Of a DNA stretch of 64,000 bases, positions 1-8,533 are shown piece after piece. A program made the position numbers and the translations under genes. Every line of letters starts with the position of its first letter. Within the stretch, counting starts at the first letter, position 1. Origin of the DNA: Saprospiraceae bacterium (GTDB lineage Bacteria > Bacteroidota > Bacteroidia > Chitinophagales > Saprospiraceae); contig JAIYAP010000052.1 in the NCBI GenBank assembly GCA_027488935.1, positions 18,518 through 82,517 on the forward strand, written 5' to 3'. The notes beneath the pieces were generated by a model that ran no database searches, had not been told where the DNA came from, and was given only the letters and a program-made list of their open reading frames with translations.

Positions 1-1
1 G

Positions 2-3000
2 GATTCGGGCTATTTAGAACTATACCTGGATTGCAGCAGCGGCAGTGCATCCAAAATGCTTTCTTTTGATTTAAACGACCACGATTCCCCCGATTTTTTG
101 AAAATTCTGCTTTCGGTAGACGGCGGGGCAAGTTTTTCAGTGATTGGCCAAACCTCCAGTTTGACGCAAACGGCTGGCTGGGAGCGTTTTACCTTTCCCT
201 TCAATGCGCAGTCGTCCACCACGGTGTTGCGGATCGTCGGCATGGTGGGCAATACAACAGGTACTTCCGATATTGGTCTGGATGATCTTGTGGTTGCCGA
301 TTATGCGGCCTGTTCGGGCGTTCCCGCACCTGCAAATACCCTTGCCTCGGTCGCCGAAGCCTGTATCGGTGTAAAATTTCAACTTTCACTCGATCAGCCG
401 TACACAGCGACCGGTTATACATATCGCTGGCAATATTCTTATGATAGTTTAAACTGGTTTTACACTTTCCCACCGCAAAATCAGGAAGATTTGGGTTTTT
501 CGCAGTCCTTAGCCAGTTGGTACCGCTCTGAAATCACTTGCCTCAACAGTGGGGACAGTATTTTTTCTAATCCATTGAAAATTAGCATGTTTGAGCCGGA
601 ATATTATGCAAGCGGACTGCCCTTTGTGGAAAAGTTTGAACAACCCTGGCTATCTGCTTGTGGTGAAAAAGACCAACCCAGCCCGTATTGGTACAATTTC
701 CCATTCAAGGAGGAGGCACGCTGGAAATACCGTTCGGATTATACCAATGTACTGCCGCCAGCCACACCCTTGTCGGCCGAAGGGGAAAACTATGCGATTC
801 TGGGTGGTTCGTCCTGGGTGACGCCCAATGGAGACTTATCCGTGTACCTCGATTTGAGCGCGGGTAATCCGGAGCGCAAACTCTTGTTTGATTATTGGTC
901 GGATCAGGGTTTTGGAAAATATTTCACGGTGGCGCTTTCTATCGATGGCGGGAATAACTTTACCCTTTTGGGCGATTCGATGGCCCTTTCACCAGAATGG
1001 ACTACCAAAACGCTATATTTCACTTCAAATTCAGCCAAAACCATTTTGCGTTTTCGTGGAAATATTCAGGACCAAGCAGTTTTGGCCATCGATCATATTC
1101 GGGTTGTGGACCGAATGATATGCAGCGGAACCCCTGTTTTGGCACAAACCTTGGCCTCGGATACGGCTTTTTGTGTGCCGACCACCGTGCGTTTTACGCT
1201 GGATCAAGCATACACCGACGATCAAATTGCTTTCCAATGGCAGATTTCCTACGATTCTTTGAGTTGGACAAATCTGAACGAGGGCAAACAAGCGATTTAT
1301 ACCGCTTTGATTGCGAAAAAGGCCTGGTATCGTTGTCGGGTAAGTTGTTTGGCTACTGGCAATGCCACGTTCAGTACACCCATCTTTGTACATTACTTTG
1401 GGCCCTTGTATTACGCAGGGCCTTATCCATATTTGATGGATTTTGAAGCGCCCTGGATCGATCAATGCGGGGTGCGCGATGTGCCAAGTGAAAACTGGAA
1501 TAATTTTGAGGACAAAACCCGAAATTCGGTGCGGCGCGACGATGATGGCGCTTTGGTGGGCTGGAACTTGCCGCCTTATGTTCCGCAGGGTTTTCAGGGT
1601 GCCCATTATGCTGCTTTTAAAAACAATGAAATCGATTTGACAGAGCGGGGTGGCTTGTATTTATACCTGGATTGTAGCCAGGGAGACCCAACCTGGAACC
1701 TTAGTTTTGATTATTATTTGTTTGATTTTGGTATACAAGTGTATATTTCTAAAGATGGAGGCAATACATATGAATACCTGATTTTTGATTTGCTCCCCAA
1801 TGGTACCCCCTGGTTTAAGGCTTCGGTGGATTTTATTTCCTCGTCAGCCAAGACGATCATCTACTTTGAATTCAGGAAAAATGGTTCTTTTTTTGATATT
1901 GCGATAGACAATGTTCAGGTGCGCAGATCAAATAATTTCAATACGATTGAGGGGCTGGTGTACCAGGATACCAACGGAAATTGTATAAAAGATGCGGGAG
2001 AGCTGCCTTTTTCAGAAAAAATAGTCAAATTTAGTCCTGGAGCGCGGTATGCCAGTACCGATACCGCCGGTCGGTACCAAATTTTAATTCCTTTTGGTAC
2101 CTATACCGTTGAAACCATTTTACCGCCGCACCATGACTTGCCCTGTGGCAGTGCGGTCGTAAACGGGGTCATTGTAAATCAGTCCGGCAAGGATACCGTT
2201 TCCTTTGGCCTGCATCCGATCCCCGGCATCCGCGATTTGGAAGTGCTGCTCACGCCATCCACGCCCGTGCGCCTTGGATTTCCTGCCATCTTTACGGGTA
2301 CGGTGCGCAATATTGGGACCGATACGGTGCATCAAGGCAGTTTATCGCTTGAATTTCCGGACTACGCGCTTTTGTTTACAGGGTGTGACTCCATCGGTAC
2401 TTTAAATGGAACCAATTTTCAGGTCGCATTGGGCAATCTGGCTCCGGGCGCGACCATTTCCTTGCGTTTTTATTTTGTCGTAGGCTCGGATATTGCCTTA
2501 TTTATGCAAGAAATTGGACTTACAGCCACTGTAACCTTACAAGATTTGGATGCAAATCCCGACAATAACCAGCAGACCACTTACGCCACGATCACGGCAA
2601 GTTATGATCCCAACGACAAACTGTTGATGTCGCCGCGTCCCGACAGTGTGAGCAACAGCATTTTGCCGGGTGTTTATGGGTTCGATTATACCATTCGTTT
2701 TCAAAATACGGGCACCGATACCGCTTTTACCGTTGTTTTGGAAGATACCCTGGATATTGATTTCGAACCATTGAGTTTCCGCACGGTGGCAAGCAGTCAT
2801 CCGGTACAATATACCATCAGCCCCGAAGGAAATATCCGTTGGCGTTTCGATGCTATTTTGTTGCCCGACAGCAATACGAATGAAATCGCTTCTCATGGAT
2901 TTGTACGGTTCCAAATAGCATCTAAACCGCTGCAAAATGGCGATACCGTGTGTAACCGGGCGGGTATTTATTTTGATGTTAATCCGCCCGTTATTACGAA

Positions 3001-3316
3001 TTTGGTGAAAACCTTGGTTAAAAAGCCGGATGCCGCAGTGGAACCGGAGTCGCCTGCCATCGTTTGGCGTATTTTCCCAAATCCTGTTTACGATGATCAG
3101 TTGACGATTGCATGGGATGCTTTAGCGCCGGAACATGGGGATTTGTACGCCGTGGATGTTTTGGGGCGAATATGGAATTTTGGGCAAATTGAATTAGTTG
3201 AGGGGGAAAATTCCCGGCAACTTGACATTGCGACATTACCTCCCGGTATGTACCAGTTTTATATCGCCCGGGTAGGGGGGCCAGTGTTGCCCGTACGTGT
3301 AGTGGCGCGTTTTTGA
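2..3316 (+). CDS. T9SS-secreted multidomain surface protein, 5' end outside the window: MAM-like repeats with Ig-like spacers, Cna-B/CARDB/DUF11-like stalk, type-A T9SS C-terminal sorting domain
   Basis: The frame is open to the window edge. Codons from nt 2 read DSGYLELYLDCSSGS, matching the later repeat GGLYLYLDCSQG. There are three ~95-aa repeats ending in D(D/H/N)-(L/I)-x-V. Stalk motifs are DPNDK, RFQNTGTDTAF, SHGF and IYFDVNPP. The C-terminus reads FPNPVYDDQLTIAW... Confidence 0.8.
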   Translation, partial: DSGYLELYLDCSSGSASKMLSFDLNDHDSPDFLKILLSVDGGASFSVIGQTSSLTQTAGWERFTFPFNAQSSTTVLRIVGMVGNTTGTSDIGLDDLVVADYAACSGVPAPANTLASVAEACIGVKFQLSLDQPYTATGYTYRWQYSYDSLNWFYTFPPQNQEDLGFSQSLASWYRSEITCLNSGDSIFSNPLKISMFEPEYYASGLPFVEKFEQPWLSACGEKDQPSPYWYNFPFKEEARWKYRSDYTNVLPPATPLSAEGENYAILGGSSWVTPNGDLSVYLDLSAGNPERKLLFDYWSDQGFGKYFTVALSIDGGNNFTLLGDSMALSPEWTTKTLYFTSNSAKTILRFRGNIQDQAVLAIDHIRVVDRMICSGTPVLAQTLASDTAFCVPTTVRFTLDQAYTDDQIAFQWQISYDSLSWTNLNEGKQAIYTALIAKKAWYRCRVSCLATGNATFSTPIFVHYFGPLYYAGPYPYLMDFEAPWIDQCGVRDVPSENWNNFEDKTRNSVRRDDDGALVGWNLPPYVPQGFQGAHYAAFKNNEIDLTERGGLYLYLDCSQGDPTWNLSFDYYLFDFGIQVYISKDGGNTYEYLIFDLLPNGTPWFKASVDFISSSAKTIIYFEFRKNGSFFDIAIDNVQVRRSNNFNTIEGLVYQDTNGNCIKDAGELPFSEKIVKFSPGARYASTDTAGRYQILIPFGTYTVETILPPHHDLPCGSAVVNGVIVNQSGKDTVSFGLHPIPGIRDLEVLLTPSTPVRLGFPAIFTGTVRNIGTDTVHQGSLSLEFPDYALLFTGCDSIGTLNGTNFQVALGNLAPGATISLRFYFVVGSDIALFMQEIGLTATVTLQDLDANPDNNQQTTYATITASYDPNDKLLMSPRPDSVSNSILPGVYGFDYTIRFQNTGTDTAFTVVLEDTLDIDFEPLSFRTVASSHPVQYTISPEGNIRWRFDAILLPDSNTNEIASHGFVRFQIASKPLQNGDTVCNRAGIYFDVNPPVITNLVKTLVKKPDAAVEPESPAIVWRIFPNPVYDDQLTIAWDALAPEHGDLYAVDVLGRIWNFGQIELVEGENSRQLDIATLPPGMYQFYIARVGGPVLPVRVVARF

Positions 3317-3329
3317 GGTGAAGGAAATA

Positions 3330-3941
3330 TTATGACTTTCTTCCAATAAAACGAATCACCGAACCTGTTCCGCTGTGTTTAGGGCCTTCCTGAAGTTCTA
3401 CTACTTCTTCGGTTAACAGGATATAGTCATAACCCGGAAAGTCCGCTTTTATTTCATCGATTGAAAATAGCATACCGGGTTCCGCAGGGCCGCCCACACG
3501 TTCATTGGCTGCACGATAAGCAAGATGTTGTTTGCTAAATGCCTCGAAAAGTAGGATGCCACCCGGTTTGAGATAAGTGCTCAATTTTTTATGATATTCA
3601 GACTTTACGTCGGCAGGGAAATGGGCATAAATGAGCGCAATTGCATCAAACTGCTCCTTTTCATAATGTAATTCGGAGAATTCGCCCACTTGATAATCAA
3701 TTTGTACCTGATTCTTGGAGGCCAGTTGCTGCGCTTTTTTTTGCCCTTCTGAACTTTGATCGAAGGCGGAAACCTGCCAACCTAACTGGGCCGCAAACAC
3801 GGCATTGCGGCCTTCTCCTTCTGCTGGAAACAAAATACTGCCCGGCTGAAAATTGGGTAAATGGGCTTTTAAAAACTCGTTGGGCAGTTCACCATAAACG
3901 AATTCAGGATTGCTGTAGCGGTCATCCCAAAATGCTTTCAT
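3330..3941 (-). CDS. Class I SAM-dependent methyltransferase (TehB/TPMT-like)
   Basis: 203-aa ORF. Motif I-like segment [19 protein letters not shown] followed by FD, and a post-I acidic residue. Size is typical of small-molecule methyltransferases. Confidence 0.7.
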   Translation of the reverse strand: MKAFWDDRYSNPEFVYGELPNEFLKAHLPNFQPGSILFPAEGEGRNAVFAAQLGWQVSAFDQSSEGQKKAQQLASKNQVQIDYQVGEFSELHYEKEQFDAIALIYAHFPADVKSEYHKKLSTYLKPGGILLFEAFSKQHLAYRAANERVGGPAEPGMLFSIDEIKADFPGYDYILLTEEVVELQEGPKHSGTGSVIRFIGRKS

Positions 3942-4118
3942 TGTTTGTTTGTTTATTAAAGATTAGCGTAGGTAATGCTTGCTGAAAGCCAATGAGCATT
4001 GTTGACCAGCATTGTTATATCCTTCAACAAATAAAAGGCTTTTTAGATGCGCTCCCCAATAAAAAATGGCCAGAACCGGCCCCTAAACCAGGTTCCTATT
4101 GTACAATCCTTTTGGCTC

Positions 4119-4177
4119 AAAAAATAATTTTAAACATATAGATAACTATATACGTTTTTCTATTAAATTTGCATCGT
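4119..4177 (+). promoter_or_regulatory. Promoter/operator module upstream of prpE (copy 1 of 2)
   Basis: -7 box TAAATTTG at 4164-4171. Palindrome ATATAG-ATAA-CTATAT at 4136-4151. The whole 59 bp recurs upstream of acs. Confidence 0.6.
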
Positions 4178-4223
4178 ACACCAACCGGGCTTGTTTTCAA
4201 GATCCGGCACAACCCATGCCCTT

Positions 4224-6122
4224 ATGCAATACGATGCCATCCACCACCACAGTGTGACCGAACCCGAATCTTTTTGGGCGGCCCAAGCAGGCGCTATTTC
4301 CTGGTATCAGGCGCCGCAACAAATTTTATCGCAAGACGACCAGGGCTTTTACCGCTGGTTTGAAGGCGGGCTGCTCAATACCTGTTACCTCGCACTCGAT
4401 CATCAGGTGGCGCAGGGTAGGGGAGAGCAGGTTGCGATTTATTACGATTCGCCAGTCACCCAAACGTTTGAGCGCTTTACCTACCAAGAGGTTTTGACGG
4501 CTACGGCGCAATTTGCGGGTGTTTTGCGCGATTTGGGTGTTGAAAAAGGCGATCGGGTGATTATCTATATGCCGATGATTCCGCAAGTGATGGTAGCGAT
4601 GCTGGCCTGCGCGCGCATTGGAGCGGTGCATTCGGTGGTGTTTGGCGGGTTTGCGGCGCACGAATTGGCCCTGCGCATTGATGATGCCAAGCCAAAAGTG
4701 GTGCTCACGGCCAGCGCCGGGGTCGAATTTGACAAAATTATTCCGTACGCGCCCATCGTTATGGCGGGTATCGCGGAGGCTGAACATAAAGTAGACCACG
4801 TGGTATTGTACCAGCGCTGGTTTAAAAAAGCGGAATTGGAAGAAACGGGTTTTTTAGACTGGACTTTGTTGCAACGCAATGCACGTCCGGCCGAATGTGT
4901 GCCCGTGCTGGCAACCGATCCTTTGTATATCCTTTACACCAGCGGCACGACCGGCAAACCCAAGGGCATTGTGCGCGATAATGGCGGACATGCAGTGGCG
5001 CTGCGTTACTCCATGGAGCATATTTACGGAGCCAAACCCGGCGATGTATTCTGGGCGGCCAGCGATGTGGGTTGGGTCGTGGGGCATTCTTATATTACGT
5101 ATGCGCCTTTGATAACCGGCTGTTCTACTGTATTATATGAAGGGAAACCCGTGCGTACACCCGACGCGGGTGCGTTCTGGCGCGTGATTGCCGATTATAA
5201 AGTGAATGTGTTCTTTACTGCGCCAACAGGGTTTAGGGCGGTGCGTAAAGAGGATTTTGAAGGTAAATTCAAGCAATTGTATGATATCAGCTCGCTGCGT
5301 TACCTGTTTTTGGCGGGTGAACGTTGCGATATTTCCACCCTGGAGTGGGCGCAACAATTGCTGGATATTCCGGTGATCGATCATTGGTGGCAAACGGAAA
5401 GTGGCTGGCCCATGCTGGCCAATCCGGTGGGGATTGAGTTGCTGCCGGTCAAACCCGGTTCGGCAGGTAAACCCGTGCCCGGATTTGATATTCAGGTGCT
5501 GGATGAGGGCGGACATCCCATGCCCGATGGTTCGGAAGGTGCGGTGGTGATCAAATTGCCTTTGCCGCCTGGTTGTTTGCCCAATTTGTGGGGCAACCCG
5601 GATCGTTTTCGCGCAGGATATCTCGATCCATTTCCGGGATACTACTTTTCGGGCGATGGCGGCTACAAAGACGCGGACGGGTATGTGTTTATCACCGGCC
5701 GGATGGATGATGTGATCAATGTAGCGGGGCATCGACTAAGTACTGCCGAAATGGAAGAGATTGTTTCGGCGCATCCGGCGGTGGCGGAATGTGCGGTGGT
5801 GGGCATTGAAGAAGATTTAAAAGGTCAGCAACCGGTTGGATTTGTGGTGTTGAAATCGGGGGTAACGATCAGCGAGGCCGTTTTGGAAGCGGAATTGATT
5901 CAAATGGTGCGCGAAAAAATTGGGCCGATTGCTTGTTTTCGGCGTGCGGCGGTGGTAAAACGTTTGCCTAAAACCCGCAGTGGCAAGATTTTACGCAAAA
6001 TCATGCGGAACATCGCGGATGGCAAAACATTTGCGCCGCCGAGTACGATCGAGGATATTACGGTGCTGGATGAAATGCGGGATTTGATGGGGGAATTGCA
6101 TATTGGGGTGGCGTTTCGGTAA
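4224..6122 (+). CDS. prpE: Propionate--CoA ligase (AMP-forming acyl-CoA synthetase, PrpE-like)
   Basis: AMP-binding motif YTSGTTGKPKG. PrpE-like block GGFAAHELALRIDDAKPKVV. C-terminal PKTRSGKILRK. Start moved to the second in-frame ATG (MQYDAIHHHSVTEPESFWAAQA), which matches acyl-CoA synthetase N-termini. Confidence 0.8.
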   Translation: MQYDAIHHHSVTEPESFWAAQAGAISWYQAPQQILSQDDQGFYRWFEGGLLNTCYLALDHQVAQGRGEQVAIYYDSPVTQTFERFTYQEVLTATAQFAGVLRDLGVEKGDRVIIYMPMIPQVMVAMLACARIGAVHSVVFGGFAAHELALRIDDAKPKVVLTASAGVEFDKIIPYAPIVMAGIAEAEHKVDHVVLYQRWFKKAELEETGFLDWTLLQRNARPAECVPVLATDPLYILYTSGTTGKPKGIVRDNGGHAVALRYSMEHIYGAKPGDVFWAASDVGWVVGHSYITYAPLITGCSTVLYEGKPVRTPDAGAFWRVIADYKVNVFFTAPTGFRAVRKEDFEGKFKQLYDISSLRYLFLAGERCDISTLEWAQQLLDIPVIDHWWQTESGWPMLANPVGIELLPVKPGSAGKPVPGFDIQVLDEGGHPMPDGSEGAVVIKLPLPPGCLPNLWGNPDRFRAGYLDPFPGYYFSGDGGYKDADGYVFITGRMDDVINVAGHRLSTAEMEEIVSAHPAVAECAVVGIEEDLKGQQPVGFVVLKSGVTISEAVLEAELIQMVREKIGPIACFRRAAVVKRLPKTRSGKILRKIMRNIADGKTFAPPSTIEDITVLDEMRDLMGELHIGVAFR

Positions 6123-6147
6123 GGCGAAACTTTGGGCATTTAAATAG

Positions 6148-6216
6148 TAGACCTGTTACCGTTGGAAGTTGAAAATGGACGGTTGGGCCATTTTACTTCC
6201 TGCAGCAACAGGTCTA
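6148..6216. terminator. Long compound hairpin between convergent genes (bidirectional terminator candidate)
   Basis: tagacctgtt pairs with aacaggtcta. An inner stem ggaagt..aaaatgg pairs with ccatttt.acttcc. A T-rich tail follows. Confidence 0.6.
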
Positions 6217-6240
6217 TTTATTTTATGCCTGAAACGAATC

Positions 6241-6858
6241 TTAGTTCCCCAGCGCCGCCTTAATTTTCTCCAGATCTAATTTATTCGCAAAGGCCAATTC
6301 TTCTTGTTCTGACGCCAGGCCGTTGGTGTGGATCGTGATCAGCGTTTGTCCTAAAGGCAATTGAATTTCGGTAGCGCGTATTTTTTTGCCGCCATCACCA
6401 TCTTCCATGGATGATTTTAGGATGGCACGGTTCGTGCCCACGCGCACACTTTTGTATTCCGAACCCATCATGGCGGGATTGGTCATAAACATGTTCAAAT
6501 TGGCCAACATGGGTGAATTGGCGATGATTTGTACTTCTGCATCCTGTTTTTTGGCGTCGTTCCGGTATTTTTTCTCAATTTGCATACCGCCTCCGAGCAT
6601 ACCCATGCCAGCGGAGTTGGTCGTAGCGTCGCCATCGGCTTTCAGGCCATTGATTTCAGCGGGAAACAAATCGGCCACTTGTTTGGCCAGCAGGTTGTTG
6701 ATGTCGTTAATGGCGTCTTGCAAGCTAAGTTGCGCCTGTTTGTAGTCTTTTTTAGCCAGAAATTCTTGCGCTTCCTTGATGTAGGTTTCGGCCTGACTTT
6801 GCGCGAATGCGTGCAGGGACACGCAGGTAAAGATTAGTGCAATGGTACATTTTTTCAT
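6241..6858 (-). CDS. Secreted hypothetical protein
   Basis: The internal ATG gives a signal peptide MKKCTIALIFTCVSLHAFAQ. No recognisable catalytic motif. Lies directly downstream of the 466-aa helical protein gene. Confidence 0.6.
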   Translation of the reverse strand: MKKCTIALIFTCVSLHAFAQSQAETYIKEAQEFLAKKDYKQAQLSLQDAINDINNLLAKQVADLFPAEINGLKADGDATTNSAGMGMLGGGMQIEKKYRNDAKKQDAEVQIIANSPMLANLNMFMTNPAMMGSEYKSVRVGTNRAILKSSMEDGDGGKKIRATEIQLPLGQTLITIHTNGLASEQEELAFANKLDLEKIKAALGN

Positions 6859-6899
6859 CGGAGGGAATTGTGTTTGTTTTGTTATAAATTGAAACAAAT

Positions 6900-8300
6900 T
6901 TACACTAATTTGCTCAAAAACCAGGCTTTTTCCGTTAAGGTTTCTTCATTTAAAATGCTGGCTTGCAGTATATTTTTTTCCGAAAGGTTGGATGGATGGA
7001 GTGCCAGCAGCCGTTCCATATATTTTAGAAAGTTTTGATAGTTGTTGCGGTGGTAGGCCAGTACTTTTTTGCGGCGCAGAAAGATTTTAAACGAGTCGAT
7101 GGCCGCATCCAGGGATCGGAAGGCTTGGGTTTCGTAGTAAATTTTGAGCAAAAGGGTTTTGGCGGCAAGGGCAAGTAAAATATCCTGATAATCTGCTTTT
7201 TGCAAAAAATGGAGCGCCTGATCGTATTGTTTGCGTTCGTAACACAGGCGGGCAAAATTGAAACTCACCATACTTTCCCGGTGCGGTGCAGGTAGTTTGT
7301 CTTGGTGACTGGTGATAAAACTTTCCACCCAGTCGAAGGCACCAATTTTGAGGCCCATGCCAACGATATTGCGGAAGGTAAACCGCGAAATTTCCCCTTT
7401 TTTGTATAAAAAGCCTTTTTCAAGAGCGAGTTGATACAAATTCAGCCCCTCGTGGGAATATTGCAAACTACCCTGATTGAGTTTACGAATGCAATAATTA
7501 ATGCTTAACAGCAATACATCCCGGCTTTCCTGGGGCTGAAAAAACGCCGAAATATGGTGCAAATAAGGCTTCAGGGTTTCGAAATGTGCCGCTTCATCCG
7601 GATTTAACAAGGCCAAACAACAATGGTAGTACACCGCAATTTCGGGGGTATTGCGCAGTTTTTCCGACGTTCGAATCTTTTCCAGCACCGCATCCAGCAG
7701 TCCAAAATCATAGTTGCTGCGGTACACGGCGCTGTGTGAAATGAGTTCGCAGGACAGTTTGAGTTTGCGCAGCATAAAATCGAATTCCAAATCGTCGGAA
7801 AAGTCTTGCAGGTTGAGTTGTTGGGTACGCGCACCCGCCAATTCATTGCTGTAAAGTTGTCGGCGCAACTGAAAACGCACCTCATGCCATTCCGGTCCAC
7901 GTTGGGGGCTTTGCTCCAGCCTTTTTTCCGCTTTTTGCAGTGTTTGTTGGGCCAGCAGGTTCAAGTCCAGTTTTTCCAGTTTTTGGGCCAATAGCCGATC
8001 TTTTAGAAGTGTGTCTTCTTCTAATTCCTTGTAAATCAAATAGGTGCGCACACATTCTGTCAGTTTGTGCAATATTTGCCGGAAATGTTCGGCCTTGAAA
8101 CTCCGGTCGGGATACAAAACCTGGTAACAAGCAGCCCGCGTGGGGCACCGTTGTTTTAACTTGTTTTTTTGTAAAAACAACAACAATTGGTGCATTTCAG
8201 GCGTGGCTCCAAAATAAGACAGGCCTGAAAAGACCTCCAAGTTGGCCGTTTCAGCGGCATCCATTTGTTGTAGAATGCGCCAAATGGGTGTATTTTCCAT
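6900..8300 (-). CDS. Hypothetical all-helical (TPR-like) protein
   Basis: 466-aa uninterrupted ORF with helical-repeat-like composition and no signal peptide. Family not recognised. Confidence 0.6.
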   Translation of the reverse strand: MENTPIWRILQQMDAAETANLEVFSGLSYFGATPEMHQLLLFLQKNKLKQRCPTRAACYQVLYPDRSFKAEHFRQILHKLTECVRTYLIYKELEEDTLLKDRLLAQKLEKLDLNLLAQQTLQKAEKRLEQSPQRGPEWHEVRFQLRRQLYSNELAGARTQQLNLQDFSDDLEFDFMLRKLKLSCELISHSAVYRSNYDFGLLDAVLEKIRTSEKLRNTPEIAVYYHCCLALLNPDEAAHFETLKPYLHHISAFFQPQESRDVLLLSINYCIRKLNQGSLQYSHEGLNLYQLALEKGFLYKKGEISRFTFRNIVGMGLKIGAFDWVESFITSHQDKLPAPHRESMVSFNFARLCYERKQYDQALHFLQKADYQDILLALAAKTLLLKIYYETQAFRSLDAAIDSFKIFLRRKKVLAYHRNNYQNFLKYMERLLALHPSNLSEKNILQASILNEETLTEKAWFLSKLV

Positions 8301-8533
8301 CTGTTTTTAAAAATGAATTTTTTTATAAAATATTGATAAACAAATTTTTGTAAAAAAATAAACTCAAAAATAAAAAACGTTTTGGAAATTATGTCCTTTG
8401 TGGCTGCTATAATTAATGAGACTTTTGTTTTGTGATTGAACCAGCACCCAACACCGCTGCCCGTGTCGAATAAGACCTTGCAGTATTTTACCTTAAAACG
8501 ATAATGAACGTCACACTTAAAAATAATAACCTT

